A stretch of 54,311 nt of DNA from Promethearchaeota archaeon. Its GTDB lineage: Archaea > Asgardarchaeota > Lokiarchaeia > Sigyniarchaeales > SOKP01. Position numbers and translations under genes: made by a program. Shown piece by piece: positions 32,301 to 41,244 of the stretch. The notes beneath the pieces were generated by a model, which made no database searches, had not been told where the DNA came from, and worked only from the letters and a program-made list of their open reading frames with translations. Position 1 is the stretch's first letter; every line of letters starts with the position of its first letter. Where the stretch lies: NCBI GenBank assembly GCA_008080765.1, contig SHMU01000004.1, positions 1 to 54,311 of the forward strand. Reading direction: 5' to 3'.

Positions 32301-34524
32301 AAACATATTGGTTTTTGCATTCAGTATCACTCATTGAACCATCATCAAAGTAGGTTCTTAGAGAGTTCATCAATCCAGTTTTGGTATTCGTAGAACCATC
32401 ATTTCCATAAAGGGACATTTCAGTAAATCCACCAACATCTTGCCAATACCACTGGAGGCTACTATAAGTATCACCCGAAAAGATTTGGGAGAATTCTTGA
32501 ACAGGTATATATGTCCAAGCACCTGCTGTGTTGGTTTTTACGTATCTCCAATCACTTAAGGGATTTCCCGTTACAATCGGTGAGCTTTCATCAAAGAGGG
32601 ATGGATTCGGTCCCGCATCATTTGCAAGATAATCTTCACCAGTATTACCACCATTTGGAGTACAAGTTCGAGTTGTTGCATATACAGGATCACATTGAAT
32701 GTATCCATATCCACTTGGAGCTTGTCCAAGCCATACTGATGGATTATTACTTCGAATATCATTATGAAGCACAGCACCATCATAGAACATGTAATACACA
32801 TTCATATAGACGTTTAAGTTTGGATCTCCAGCACCTCGAGGGGAATAATCTAAATCAAGAAGATATTCCACCTCTCTCATTTCATTCGCAAAAAAGCTGG
32901 TTGTATATCTGTCAAATCTCAAACCTTCTTCATATTCCATTGAATTAACTTCATTATCAACGAAAGTAAACTGTACTTGTCGTAATGAAAATTGATCAAT
33001 AATTACTCTAATGGGTCCATCAACAGCGGCTTGGTGTCCATTCGCAAAAGTGATCAAGCCTCTTACAAATGGGGCATGTTCACTATTAAGACCATAATTC
33101 CCATCATGGTCCATCCCATCATCCCAAGATGCAACATTGCCAATCCCTATTAAACTAAGGAAGAAATATTCATCCCACCATCCACCATATCCAGAAGATC
33201 GATGATTCTGTCCTCCTGGTAATGGTTGGTTCCATGGACGATGTCCATTAGTATAATCACTATCTTGTCCCGGAAAGATAGGATCTCCTACTCCAGCGGC
33301 AAGATTTTGCAGATCAAAATCCATTGTTGTACCATAACCAATATCTGTAATGAGCTCATCATAAAAAGTACCACTCCATGTGCCCATTCTCGTGCCTGTG
33401 CAGGTGTCAGCTTGAGAATCAACTGCACCAGCACCAAATGTAGAGCCTGCTCTTTGAATGTCAAGTTGAAGTTGTTGCCATTCTTTATTCCATTCAGTAA
33501 ACATATTTTGACCTTCAACTACAATTGAAGCAAGAAAAGCTTGATCAGCCGTAGAATCATAAGAATATTGGTAATTTTCACCAGTAACCGTTTGGGTACC
33601 AGAATTCCATGCTACTTGATCATCAGAAGGACCATTAGGCATAAAAAATTTTTCAGCGGGTGGTGGAGTACCCATATCATCATTATAATACAAGTACATA
33701 TACCCAGTACCGCCACCTGACACAGGATCAGTAATGGCTAATTCATATCTATCGGGATATGAAGCGGCATTCCACCAATTAGAGGCATCTACTTGATCCC
33801 CATTGTAGGCATAAAAACTTACCTCATCGTCATAATCAATTCTATCAGGTAATTGTTCCCAAGCACCACCCGGTTGTTCAAGATTATAAGGATATACCCC
33901 CGGATCCGGTTGAACGGGAGGTTCTGCTTGGGGAGCATCTCCATCTGACCATGGTTCATCAGTATAATATTCTGCAGCTCGTGCTGCCCAAAATTCCATC
34001 TCACAATCATACTGAGATAATTCTGTCGCACTTGCAGCATAACTATCTACATGATCACCTACATATCGGTGATCGGAGATAAAGTGACCCCAATTAGTCT
34101 GTTCTGTATATTGAGTACCGCCACTAAAGCTAATATCTCCTTCAACATGCTTTCCAGTTTCATATGTATAGGATCTGAAATACCCCATCTCATCTAACTG
34201 GAAGGGAACTAATACCCAACTGGAGCCATCATAATATGCAATTCTGATATTATCAACATGATGATTTTTTAATGCGGTCCATAATGCACCGCCAGCAGTC
34301 TCATTATCAAGAATCACGGGATAGCCCGTTCGAGTTAAAGTTCCCGCTACATTCGGATTATCGTATTGATTAAATGCGTTCGGAAATGTTAAATCGGTTT
34401 TTTTTGTTGAGTTTAACGCTCCACCCAAACTAAAAAAAATGGGCATTGTTAAACAGCAGATAATTCCAAGAATAATCTCATAATGCTTTAATTTTTTTGT
34501 TTTTCTTAGTTTTGTAATGTTCAT
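26383..34524 (-). CDS. Giant cell-surface protein with 21 cadherin/Ig-like repeats and a C-terminal sorting signal
   Basis: N-terminal basic+hydrophobic signal, ~760-aa unique head, 21 repeats of ~91-93 aa (DTxAPTW...FxIDxxTG...YxITVxATD), C-terminal IPGY-TM-RRK. Confidence 0.92.
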   Translation of the reverse strand: MNITKLRKTKKLKHYEIILGIICCLTMPIFFSLGGALNSTKKTDLTFPNAFNQYDNPNVAGTLTRTGYPVILDNETAGGALWTALKNHHVDNIRIAYYDGSSWVLVPFQLDEMGYFRSYTYETGKHVEGDISFSGGTQYTEQTNWGHFISDHRYVGDHVDSYAASATELSQYDCEMEFWAARAAEYYTDEPWSDGDAPQAEPPVQPDPGVYPYNLEQPGGAWEQLPDRIDYDDEVSFYAYNGDQVDASNWWNAASYPDRYELAITDPVSGGGTGYMYLYYNDDMGTPPPAEKFFMPNGPSDDQVAWNSGTQTVTGENYQYSYDSTADQAFLASIVVEGQNMFTEWNKEWQQLQLDIQRAGSTFGAGAVDSQADTCTGTRMGTWSGTFYDELITDIGYGTTMDFDLQNLAAGVGDPIFPGQDSDYTNGHRPWNQPLPGGQNHRSSGYGGWWDEYFFLSLIGIGNVASWDDGMDHDGNYGLNSEHAPFVRGLITFANGHQAAVDGPIRVIIDQFSLRQVQFTFVDNEVNSMEYEEGLRFDRYTTSFFANEMREVEYLLDLDYSPRGAGDPNLNVYMNVYYMFYDGAVLHNDIRSNNPSVWLGQAPSGYGYIQCDPVYATTRTCTPNGGNTGEDYLANDAGPNPSLFDESSPIVTGNPLSDWRYVKTNTAGAWTYIPVQEFSQIFSGDTYSSLQWYWQDVGGFTEMSLYGNDGSTNTKTGLMNSLRTYFDDGSMSDTECKNQYVFSKEGFSIAITAQTAPSDTEPPVWTTAPVDETIELGTGVSQDLEATDPSTPITYSISGADASSFDIDPNTGLLINSVPLSVGTYDITVSATDSYSNSLDTPITITVQDTIAPIWMTAPVDETIELGTGVNQDVEATDLSIPITYSISGADASSFDIDPVTGVLTNSVALSVGTYNITASATDVESNALNTPIIITVQDTGAPTWVVAPVDETIEFGDGINQDVDANDLSTPITYSISGPDAGSFTIDPNTGVLTNSVALSEGTYDITVSATDAESNSINTPITITVQDTIAPTWTTPPVDDMIELGNGINQDVDANDLSTPIAYSISGADASSFDIDPVTGVLTNSVALGVATYDINVIATDSAITSNSISTPITITVQDTGAPTWVIAPVDEVIELGDGINQDVDAIDPSTPVTYSISGADAGSFTIDPNTGVLTNSVALSEGTYDITVSATDAESNSINSPITITVQDTIAPTWVVAPVDETIELGNGINQDVDANDLSTPITYSISGVDASFFTINIGTGVLTNSGPLTEGTYNINVIATDAAATPNSISTPITITVQDSTAPTWVVAPVDETIELGDGINQDVDANDLSTPITYSISGANAGIFDIDLNTGVLTNSVALAEGTYNIIVSATDAAATPNSISTPITITVQDTTAPTWTTAPVSQSIVLGNGVNQDVDANDLSTPITYSISGPDAGSFTIDSVTGVLTNSTQLGEGTYDITVIATDAAATPNSISTPITITVAVDEPYWNPTPQDQTVEFGDPFSYTVNAEDADGVVYSISGADAGFFDIDSTGEITNAGALAEDMYSITVRAEDATNPSDYVEQAITITVQDTIAPTWTTAPVDETIELGTGVNQHVEATDLSTPITYSISGANAGSFTIDPYTGVLTNSVALSVGTYDITVSATDAAASPNSISTPITITVQDTGAPTWVVAPVDETIEFKDGVNQDVDATDPSTPVTYSISGPDAGSFTIDPNTGVLTNSVALSEGTYDITVSATDAESNSINTPITITVQDTIAPTWTTPPVDEMIELGNGINQELDANDLSTPITYSISGPDAGSFTIDPNTGVLTNSGPLTEGTYNINVIATDAAATPNNISTPITITVQDTTAPTWTTAPVSQSIILGNGLNQDVEANDLSTPISYSISGPDAGSFDIDPVTGVLTNSTPLGEGTYDITVIATDAAATPNSISTPITITVAMGEPYWNPTPQDQTVELGDPFSYTVNAEDADGVVYSISGAYAGFFNIDSTGEITNDGALAEDVYSITVRAEDATNPSDYIEQAITITVQDTTAPTWVVAPVDETIELGDGVNQDVDATDPSTPVAYSISGPDAGSFTIDPNTGVLTNSGPLTEGTYNINVIATDAAATPNSISIPITITVQDTTAPTWVVAPVDETIELGNGINQGVDANDLSTPITYSISGPDAGSFTIDPNTGVLTNSVALSEGMYDITVSATDAESNSINSPITITVQDTIAPTWTTPPVDETIELGNGINQDVDANDFSTPISYSISGPDAGSFDIDSVTGVLTNSTPLGEGTYDITVIATDAAATPNSISTPITITVAMGEPYWNPTPQDQTVELGDPFSYTVNAEDADGVVYSISGAYAGFFNIDSTGEITNDGALAEDVYSITVRAEDATNPSDYIEQAITITVQDTIAPAWTNPPVDQVVAPDTEINQDVNANDLSTPISYLISGPDAGSFDIDSVTGVLTNSTPLGEGTYDITVIATDAAASPNNISTPITITVTTIDIPLWNPQPVDQTIEFGEGLSYTVNADSAVGIEQYWINDTDNFQIDPNIGLITEGFSALMVGEYWLEVSVNNTAGNENSAAIKITVEDTIDPIWDPIPKDQTIVFGDSFNYDVNAEDLAAPLIYSINDTANFQIDPHTGVISNNSDLVIGEYWLEIVAQDAHGNEESVIIKITVEEPLWVPPFFPIFRPPTEGIPGYPTLLLFSTIAAAMLLVFYFYRRKLRFRTH
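26540..32250 (-). repeat. Coding tandem array of ~273-279 bp units with higher-order duplications
   Basis: 27341-27737 and 28430-28826 are essentially identical (offset 1089 bp); third, slightly diverged copy near 29795-30160. Confidence 0.9.
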
Positions 34525-34618
34525 AAAAGGTTTTCACATTTTTTTCTGTATTCATTAGATTTCTTCTAATTTTACACATTTTTCTAATTGTTTTCAATAA
34601 TTTTTTTATAAAAGTTTA

Positions 34619-34671
34619 GATCACCATAGGCGGTGATCGGTAGTGATTAATTCAACTTCAAAGTATATAAA
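34619..34671 (-). promoter_or_regulatory. TATA box and palindromic operator upstream of the giant surface protein gene
   Basis: GATCACC-N6-GGTGATC followed by GGTAGTGAT; 25/28 identical to 23911-23938; TTTATATA on minus strand at 34664-34671. Confidence 0.72.
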
Positions 34672-35257
34672 GGTTTCGATATAGGTGATCAGTAATCATT
34701 AAGGTATTAAGATCGGAGATTAGAAGGTCCCTTCTGATGAGAATGATGTTTTTTTAAATCTTTAACTAATATTTATTCATCAAGTATTATCTTTCGAATT
34801 TCTGTAGGAAAGAGTACTAAGAAACGCAATTTGGGTAAGAGCGAATGTTTAATGGATGTTTAAAAGGATAATAATGTTAAAAAGAAAGAAAATCAGAATG
34901 GGTTTTATTATGTTATTGCAAACTAGTTACTACGAAAGAAGGTATTGATTTATGGATTTCTGAACCTAATCTAAACCCATTAAAGTAAAAATGAGATATA
35001 TCTGAGAAGATGACGAAAAATTTCGCACTAAAAAAAACAAATCTATAATTATTTTTAACAAGGTTTTATAAAATAAGAAGAAGGGAAAAATAGATCATAA
35101 AATTTTTTTGGATTATACATTTATTTAAAATATCAATATAGAATAATTTTTGGAATATCCCAACAGATTTTTTAATGTGGAATCTAACTAACAATATAAG
35201 AACATATTAAAGAGTATTTATAATTATTCTAATCAATAATTTTAATGGTGTTAAATT

Positions 35258-35962
35258 ATTTCTGAACAAGATACAGGCGTAAAATACGAATATGAGATAT
35301 TACAATGCGTCAAAAACAATCCGGGCGGGCTAACGGTTACTGACATTGCGGAGATCAAGGGGTTTAGTCGGAACACAGTATCCAAATATATTAGTATCTT
35401 AAAGGTAAAAAAAAAGATCAGAAAAAAGAAAATTGGCGCCTATTCTCTCTATTTTTCCACGGAGGAGAATTATTTGCCCAATACTCTTGTGTTATCTTAT
35501 TATAAAGTTTTATTGAAAGGGTTAAAAGAGAATTTTCCTGAGAGGGGTGATTTGTTCAAGGAATTAATCAAAAAAAATGTATCTGATATCAAATTCACCT
35601 TTTCGCCCAAAGTATATCAACAATTGAAGTATTTTAAGAATCATCCTATTTCCCAATATACAAAAATCCATTTAGAAATTTTTAAGGAGTTTTATCCTAC
35701 TTATGATATTTTCCAACCGGATGTGGAGATATCGATTCTAAAAATTGATCCTAAGGGGCAAAAAGCTATCTATCGGTTCAGAAATTCTGTTTTTCTAGAA
35801 AATAATGAGGATTATATTTATCATCTTTATTTCATGTGTGGTTTAACTGAAGGGATCTTAGAGCGGGAAATACACCGAGAAGTTAAATGTGAGGTTGAAA
35901 ATTATCATGTAGGGGGAGGAAAGGAAGATTCCTATTTTGATATTTCAATTACCATTAAATAA
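35258..35962 (+). CDS. Winged-HTH transcriptional regulator with V4R-like C-terminal domain (paralog 1)
   Basis: Frame is open upstream of the track start (35474) back to ATT 35258: ILQCVKNNPGGLTVTDIAEIKGFSRNTVSKYISIL is an HTH; aligns with the next gene. Confidence 0.82.
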   Translation: MSEQDTGVKYEYEILQCVKNNPGGLTVTDIAEIKGFSRNTVSKYISILKVKKKIRKKKIGAYSLYFSTEENYLPNTLVLSYYKVLLKGLKENFPERGDLFKELIKKNVSDIKFTFSPKVYQQLKYFKNHPISQYTKIHLEIFKEFYPTYDIFQPDVEISILKIDPKGQKAIYRFRNSVFLENNEDYIYHLYFMCGLTEGILEREIHREVKCEVENYHVGGGKEDSYFDISITIK

Positions 35963-36089
35963 ATTTTGTTCTCAATTAATCCTTTAAAGCTAATATTTAT
36001 AAATATTTCAACAATTCCTAAGACTTATATAGTAAGCATTACAATACACTTATATTACATCCGTAAAACCTAAAAAAGGGTGTGTACAG

Positions 36090-36815
36090 ATAACTGAGCA
36101 ACAATCAATAATAAGCTATGCAAAAGAGATATTGGAATGTATCAAGAACAATCCTGGCGGAATTACGATTACAGATATTTCTCAGATGCGAGGATTTTCG
36201 CGCAATACGGTATCCAAATATATTAACATCTTGAAGGAAAAGAAGAAGATCCGAAAAAAGAAAGTAGGTGCCTATTCTCTCTACTTTTCTATGGAAGAGA
36301 ATTTTTTGCCTAATAGTCTTGTGCTCTCCTATTATCAGGTCATATTAAAGGGTTTAAAAGAATATTTTCCCGATAATGAAAGAGGAGAATTTTTTAAACA
36401 GCTAATTCAGAAGAATGTTGATGAAATTAGGATTAATATAAGCCCGGAAATGAAAAAAAAACTAAATGAATTAGGAGAGAAGCCAACAAGGGAATTAATT
36501 TCGATAAATCTCAATTTATTTAAGGAATTATATTTAATGTATGACCTTTTTCAACCGGATGTTGATATATCCTTATTAGAAATAGATGCAGATCAGAATA
36601 AAGTTATATATCGGTTTAAGAATTCTCGTTTTTTTGAAGATAATGAGGATTACATCTATCACTTATATTTTATGTGCGGAGTCTCTGAGGGGATATTAGA
36701 AAGAGCATTAAAAAGAAAAATAACTTGTCGGCTTGAGAACAATCATATAGCTGGAGAGAAGGAGGATTCATATTTTGATCTTTCAATTGAAATTGGACAG
36801 AGAACTAGGTCATAA
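36090..36815 (+). CDS. Winged-HTH transcriptional regulator with V4R-like C-terminal domain (paralog 2)
   Basis: PGGITITDISQMRGFSRNTVSKYINIL; YHLYFMCGVSEGILE; start at ATA 36090 (inferred) or TTG 36132. Confidence 0.85.
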   Translation: MTEQQSIISYAKEILECIKNNPGGITITDISQMRGFSRNTVSKYINILKEKKKIRKKKVGAYSLYFSMEENFLPNSLVLSYYQVILKGLKEYFPDNERGEFFKQLIQKNVDEIRINISPEMKKKLNELGEKPTRELISINLNLFKELYLMYDLFQPDVDISLLEIDADQNKVIYRFKNSRFFEDNEDYIYHLYFMCGVSEGILERALKRKITCRLENNHIAGEKEDSYFDLSIEIGQRTRS

Positions 36816-36926
36816 AAAAACCAAAATGCATATACATTTCTTAACATGAATCTCTGATTCCGAAAACATCTATTATTGTAAAAAAGATAAACCAAGAAAA
36901 AGGGGAGATGTGTGTTAATAGTTTTA

Positions 36927-38477
36927 CTATTTAGCATCTACACTAAGCTTTTTCTTTGCAGGCTTTTTAAGTAAGTTTTGGGTTTTTTTTCCAATGAATA
37001 AATATCCATCCTCATCTATCTCAGCACTCTCTCCCGTATGTAGCCACCCATGTTCATCAATAATCTTATTGGTAGCTTCCCGATTTTTCCAATAGCCTTT
37101 CATTACTGAGGGTCCCTTTATTAAAAGTTCGTCCTTTTTTTTATTAAGTTTTTGTTTTATTTTTTCATAGGGATTATCTAAAATTTCTAATGGGGGTCCT
37201 CTTGATGTAATTTTATGATAAAAGGGGATCTTTTTCTTAAAATCCGGGCGCTTCTTAGAATTATATTTTGTTCTCAACAGATGGGTAATTGCGGTAAGTT
37301 CTGGAAGGCCATAAGAGGTGAGCAAGGAGATTCCAATTGAATTAAAGAAATACAGATATTTTTCTGATATGTTAGCGGGACTACTAATCATAAGTTTCAG
37401 CTTGCCTCCAAAAGATTTTCTGATGATTTTTCCAATAATTTTTTGAAGAATTTTATGTTTAAGGATTGCACCAATTTTATTTCTCTTAGTTTTTGCTTTG
37501 TTTTTATAATAGATCTCTGCATTTTGTATGAAGTCCTTTACTAATTCTTGTTGTCTTTTAGGATAATCTTCAAGCGTTTTAAAGACAATGAAATGGATAA
37601 CTTGATAAATCAATGGATATGCAATCATAATCGTAGGTTTAAATTTTTCAAATGATTTTTCAATGAGATCTGGGTCTAACTTATTAACAATATCCAAGGA
37701 AGAGCCAAGCATTAAAGAGCTCAACATCAGGAGTCTACCTAGGGGATCTGAAAAAGGGATGAGGGAAAGAATATGTTGTTTCCACGGTTTCATTTTTTTT
37801 TGTGCTTTCATTAATGTAGATGTAAATGCAGTTGCGTTGGAAAGTATATTCTTATGGGTGAGCATTATTCCATTGGGAGCTCCTTTCATCTCTGAAGAAT
37901 AAAGAATAGTTGAGAGATCTTTTTCTTCTGTAGCTCGAATTGAAATATTGAACTTAATAGAGGAATGGTATTGAGCTTCTCCTAAAGACAAGAGCTCATC
38001 GAATGTCATAATATTCGTTTTATTATTAGATTGTTTCTTTGGATAAAAAATGATAATCAATTTGAGAAGAGAAGTATCATTTATAATTGAGGAGAGCTTC
38101 TTTAATGTGGTTAAATTATCAATGAAAAGTGCTTTACACTCAGAATCTTCTAAAATAGAATTCAAGTTTTTTCTCTTAAGATCGGGGTCGATGGGAATCG
38201 TTATCCCTCCCAAAGCTTGGATTGCTAAGTCTGCGATAATCCATTCGGGATTCGCTTTTGAACAAATCCCAATATGATCACCGCGAGTAAAGCCCATCTG
38301 TGTTAATGCATAAAAAACTGCTGTCATAGAATCGGCTAATTCATTAAATGATAAAGTTTGAATTTTATCATGCGATACGAGCCATCGAATTGCAATTTCA
38401 TTATAATATTTATTCTTAATATTTATGATCATTTCAGGTATATTTTTATACCGAATGAGAGATTGTGTTTTCTTCAT
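36927..38477 (-). CDS. Long-chain acyl-CoA synthetase-like AMP-binding protein with degenerate catalytic motifs
   Basis: ANL fold motifs (EWIIADLA, GPSVMKGYW, GWLHTG) but YSSEMKGAPNG, YGLPE, TGE; C-terminal subdomain missing. Confidence 0.85.
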   Translation of the reverse strand: MKKTQSLIRYKNIPEMIINIKNKYYNEIAIRWLVSHDKIQTLSFNELADSMTAVFYALTQMGFTRGDHIGICSKANPEWIIADLAIQALGGITIPIDPDLKRKNLNSILEDSECKALFIDNLTTLKKLSSIINDTSLLKLIIIFYPKKQSNNKTNIMTFDELLSLGEAQYHSSIKFNISIRATEEKDLSTILYSSEMKGAPNGIMLTHKNILSNATAFTSTLMKAQKKMKPWKQHILSLIPFSDPLGRLLMLSSLMLGSSLDIVNKLDPDLIEKSFEKFKPTIMIAYPLIYQVIHFIVFKTLEDYPKRQQELVKDFIQNAEIYYKNKAKTKRNKIGAILKHKILQKIIGKIIRKSFGGKLKLMISSPANISEKYLYFFNSIGISLLTSYGLPELTAITHLLRTKYNSKKRPDFKKKIPFYHKITSRGPPLEILDNPYEKIKQKLNKKKDELLIKGPSVMKGYWKNREATNKIIDEHGWLHTGESAEIDEDGYLFIGKKTQNLLKKPAKKKLSVDAK

Positions 38478-38635
38478 TTTTTAATTATTCCTTTTGGTTT
38501 AGTTATTCGCTACATTATTATATTATTATTTTGTATTATTCTACGGGTATTTTGAATATATTGGATTTAAAAGGTCTAGATAATGTATTCTATCCTTTAA
38601 AAAATATATAAAAAATAAAAAATGTGATTATTGAG

Positions 38636-41239
38636 CTATTTCTTAGTATTTGATTTCTTCGATTTCATTTTTTTTATCGGTTTTTTAGATTTGAGATTCT
38701 TTTTCTTCAAAGTTTTACTTTCTGGAAGTGTATAACCCAGTTTTTCTTTTACTGAACCTAAGTTTCCTTTCAGATTTTGCTTGCTTTTAGGTTGAAGTCT
38801 CTTTTTTATGATAGATTTCTTTACTTCGTGATTCATCGTTCCCGCACCTCCTGCGATGCCAAGTATTACTCCTAAGGTTATTCCTCCAGGAAGTATGTAG
38901 GCTTGTGCTGTTTGGGCAGGATATACCTCATTAGTAAATCGTTCCGCTAAGTGGAGAGGAACGATTCCACTCCGTTCATACCATACTATCGGCATTGTAG
39001 TTGTGTTTATATCTGAGGTAAAGTATTCTTCCGAAGTTAGATTAAAATTGACTTGGATTCGCTCTCTTGCATGCATAGTAACCCCGGAAATAGGTTCAAT
39101 ATCTATGAACGTATCATGAGCCATTCTATCAGGGTGTGTACCATTTATTGAAGCGACTACTTGGGGATCGGCATCAAGAAAATGTGGTTTGCTTACCAAA
39201 ACAGGTACCCCTCTGAACTTTTCGACAGCTTGAACATTGATTAATCCTTGTGTATTCATATAATAATTTTTATTTGGAGAGAATGTTTTAGGAGCAAACG
39301 TAAATCTATTGAGTTGTACCCCATACACAGAAGTTGGACCAAGATATACCAAATCAATTACACGCATTAAATCGGGATTAAATATCTTTGGGGGAACTAG
39401 TTCAGTAGCTTTACCGGGATTATACATTCCTAAAGATCCCATTAAAGGTTCAGAATGCTGCCATAAATTAATCGTCGACTTTCCATCATAAGCCACGACT
39501 TGTCTGGCAAGTTGCTCATTAGTATGCCCAGTCGTCATGGTTATAGTTTTGATATACGCTTCTTCTTCGGCTATGGTTTGATTTTCACAATTATCAAATA
39601 AATGTACACGTCCAATGGAGGTATCCTTTTCATAATACTCCATAAAACTGCATACTGCCTCATCAGTAGCTTCAAAAAGCCATTCTTCTACTGTGCGATT
39701 GGTAATTACTCCACTATTCCATTCATTCGACTGATATGCAACAGCATTTGGAAGCCATGTTTCAATACTTGTATCAATCCATTCCAAAATCTTAGCTAAC
39801 TGGTCGGAGGTAATCCCAAAATAAGCCGTCAAATTTCCTCTGGCATATTCTCCTTCAGGAGTATTGTCAAGAGCATCAAACCACAGTTGATTTTCTTCAT
39901 AGTCCATTCCGGTAAGGGATAAAGGATCGCTCTTGTTCCAGAGTGCTACGCATTGATCATAAGTGATTCCAGTCTCGCCTACTATATTATATTGATCTAA
40001 ATCCATTTTGGTGCCAATATGGAGCGGAATTATCAACCATACCCATTCCCAGAATTCTTCCTCGTAATCTTCAATCTGTACATATTCTGTGTTTGTAATA
40101 TTCAGATCTGCTTCCGGAGGGATTGCAGTTCCTGCAAGCGTACCATCAATATCTACACCTAACCCGTTTAAGCTTCCCGATTCATCGACCATCTCAGCGA
40201 TTTGTTTCGAAATTAAGGCGTTCTGAACCCTCTGGATATCCTCATCTAATAAGGTTTGTACCATCAGATCCTCAATACCAGCTGCTAGAAGTACCTCAAT
40301 TCCACCACCTGTATAATCAACTTGATTTGCCAAGTAATTGTAATCCCCATTAAATTGGGGAGCAGAATCATTTGCCCATTCAGCATAAAATACTTCTTCC
40401 CAATCGGGCATTCCTTGCTCTAAGAAAAACTGTAAATCAGAAATCTCAATGCAATCAAAAAAAATATCAGCCACAGTTTTTGAAGATATTTCAGACGCTC
40501 CGAGAGTTTCACATTCACTTAGAATGTCTCTCTGTGATTGCTCAATCCATTCTTCATCATTCAATTGCGTATCCATACTTTCTGTAAATATAGATTCAAA
40601 AGTTTCTTTTACTTGGCTGAGCACATATGGAAGGTTCATCTCACAATAATCCCTTTGGGAGCCTCCTGCCATCGCCACGCCTCCTAAAAATGCAGGATTC
40701 ACATTGGTGATATAGACTTCGGAGATATTTTCTCCTCCGACTTGGACATATTTTTCATATTCTTTATATGTCACGGTTGAGCTAATCAAATTGTAAGAGA
40801 TGTCGTATTTGTATTTTAAATATTTGAACCTAAATGGTCCTATCTCCTCATATACTGGGGGTTCACTTCCAGAAAGAAACGCATCTGGATTCGTTAAATT
40901 CCATAAGTAATAGGTTTTATATTCTTCGGGAGCCCCGGGATAATCATTAGTAACGAAAGTAAAATAATTTGAATCTAAGGGTGTGGGAACGAGCGTTTGC
41001 TCCCCAATTCCTTTGGCTATTTCTTCATCTATGAATGAATTTAAAAAGATGGTACCGGGTATTAAGGCAATCCCCAACACAATTAAAGTGATGGTTCCTA
41101 CTTGGCTTATCTTTTTAGGTTTTTTCATTGCTTTTGCGAATGGATTTTGGGGCTTTTTCTTTTTTGATAATTTCAATGGAGTCTTAGATTTAATGGTTTT
41201 CGAAGTGTTAAGTTTTTTTTTCTTTAATAATTCGGTCAT
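38636..41239 (-). CDS. CD36/SR-B/LIMP-2 family scavenger-receptor-like membrane protein (paralog 2)
   Basis: WNLTNPDAF..PPVYEEIGPFRF; RTVEEWLF; VSKPHFLDAD..HPD..HDTFIDIEPISG...RIQVN; two terminal TM helices; colinear with paralog 1. Confidence 0.87.
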   Translation of the reverse strand: MTELLKKKKLNTSKTIKSKTPLKLSKKKKPQNPFAKAMKKPKKISQVGTITLIVLGIALIPGTIFLNSFIDEEIAKGIGEQTLVPTPLDSNYFTFVTNDYPGAPEEYKTYYLWNLTNPDAFLSGSEPPVYEEIGPFRFKYLKYKYDISYNLISSTVTYKEYEKYVQVGGENISEVYITNVNPAFLGGVAMAGGSQRDYCEMNLPYVLSQVKETFESIFTESMDTQLNDEEWIEQSQRDILSECETLGASEISSKTVADIFFDCIEISDLQFFLEQGMPDWEEVFYAEWANDSAPQFNGDYNYLANQVDYTGGGIEVLLAAGIEDLMVQTLLDEDIQRVQNALISKQIAEMVDESGSLNGLGVDIDGTLAGTAIPPEADLNITNTEYVQIEDYEEEFWEWVWLIIPLHIGTKMDLDQYNIVGETGITYDQCVALWNKSDPLSLTGMDYEENQLWFDALDNTPEGEYARGNLTAYFGITSDQLAKILEWIDTSIETWLPNAVAYQSNEWNSGVITNRTVEEWLFEATDEAVCSFMEYYEKDTSIGRVHLFDNCENQTIAEEEAYIKTITMTTGHTNEQLARQVVAYDGKSTINLWQHSEPLMGSLGMYNPGKATELVPPKIFNPDLMRVIDLVYLGPTSVYGVQLNRFTFAPKTFSPNKNYYMNTQGLINVQAVEKFRGVPVLVSKPHFLDADPQVVASINGTHPDRMAHDTFIDIEPISGVTMHARERIQVNFNLTSEEYFTSDINTTTMPIVWYERSGIVPLHLAERFTNEVYPAQTAQAYILPGGITLGVILGIAGGAGTMNHEVKKSIIKKRLQPKSKQNLKGNLGSVKEKLGYTLPESKTLKKKNLKSKKPIKKMKSKKSNTKK

Positions 41240-41244
41240 ATAAT

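Noticed and set aside
26761-33528. Many repeated short plus-strand ORFs (MIPLPSS...)
   Set aside because: Antisense frames of the repeat-rich giant gene
34700-35240. Long AT-rich intergenic region
   Set aside because: No ORF, RNA gene or repeat could be supported
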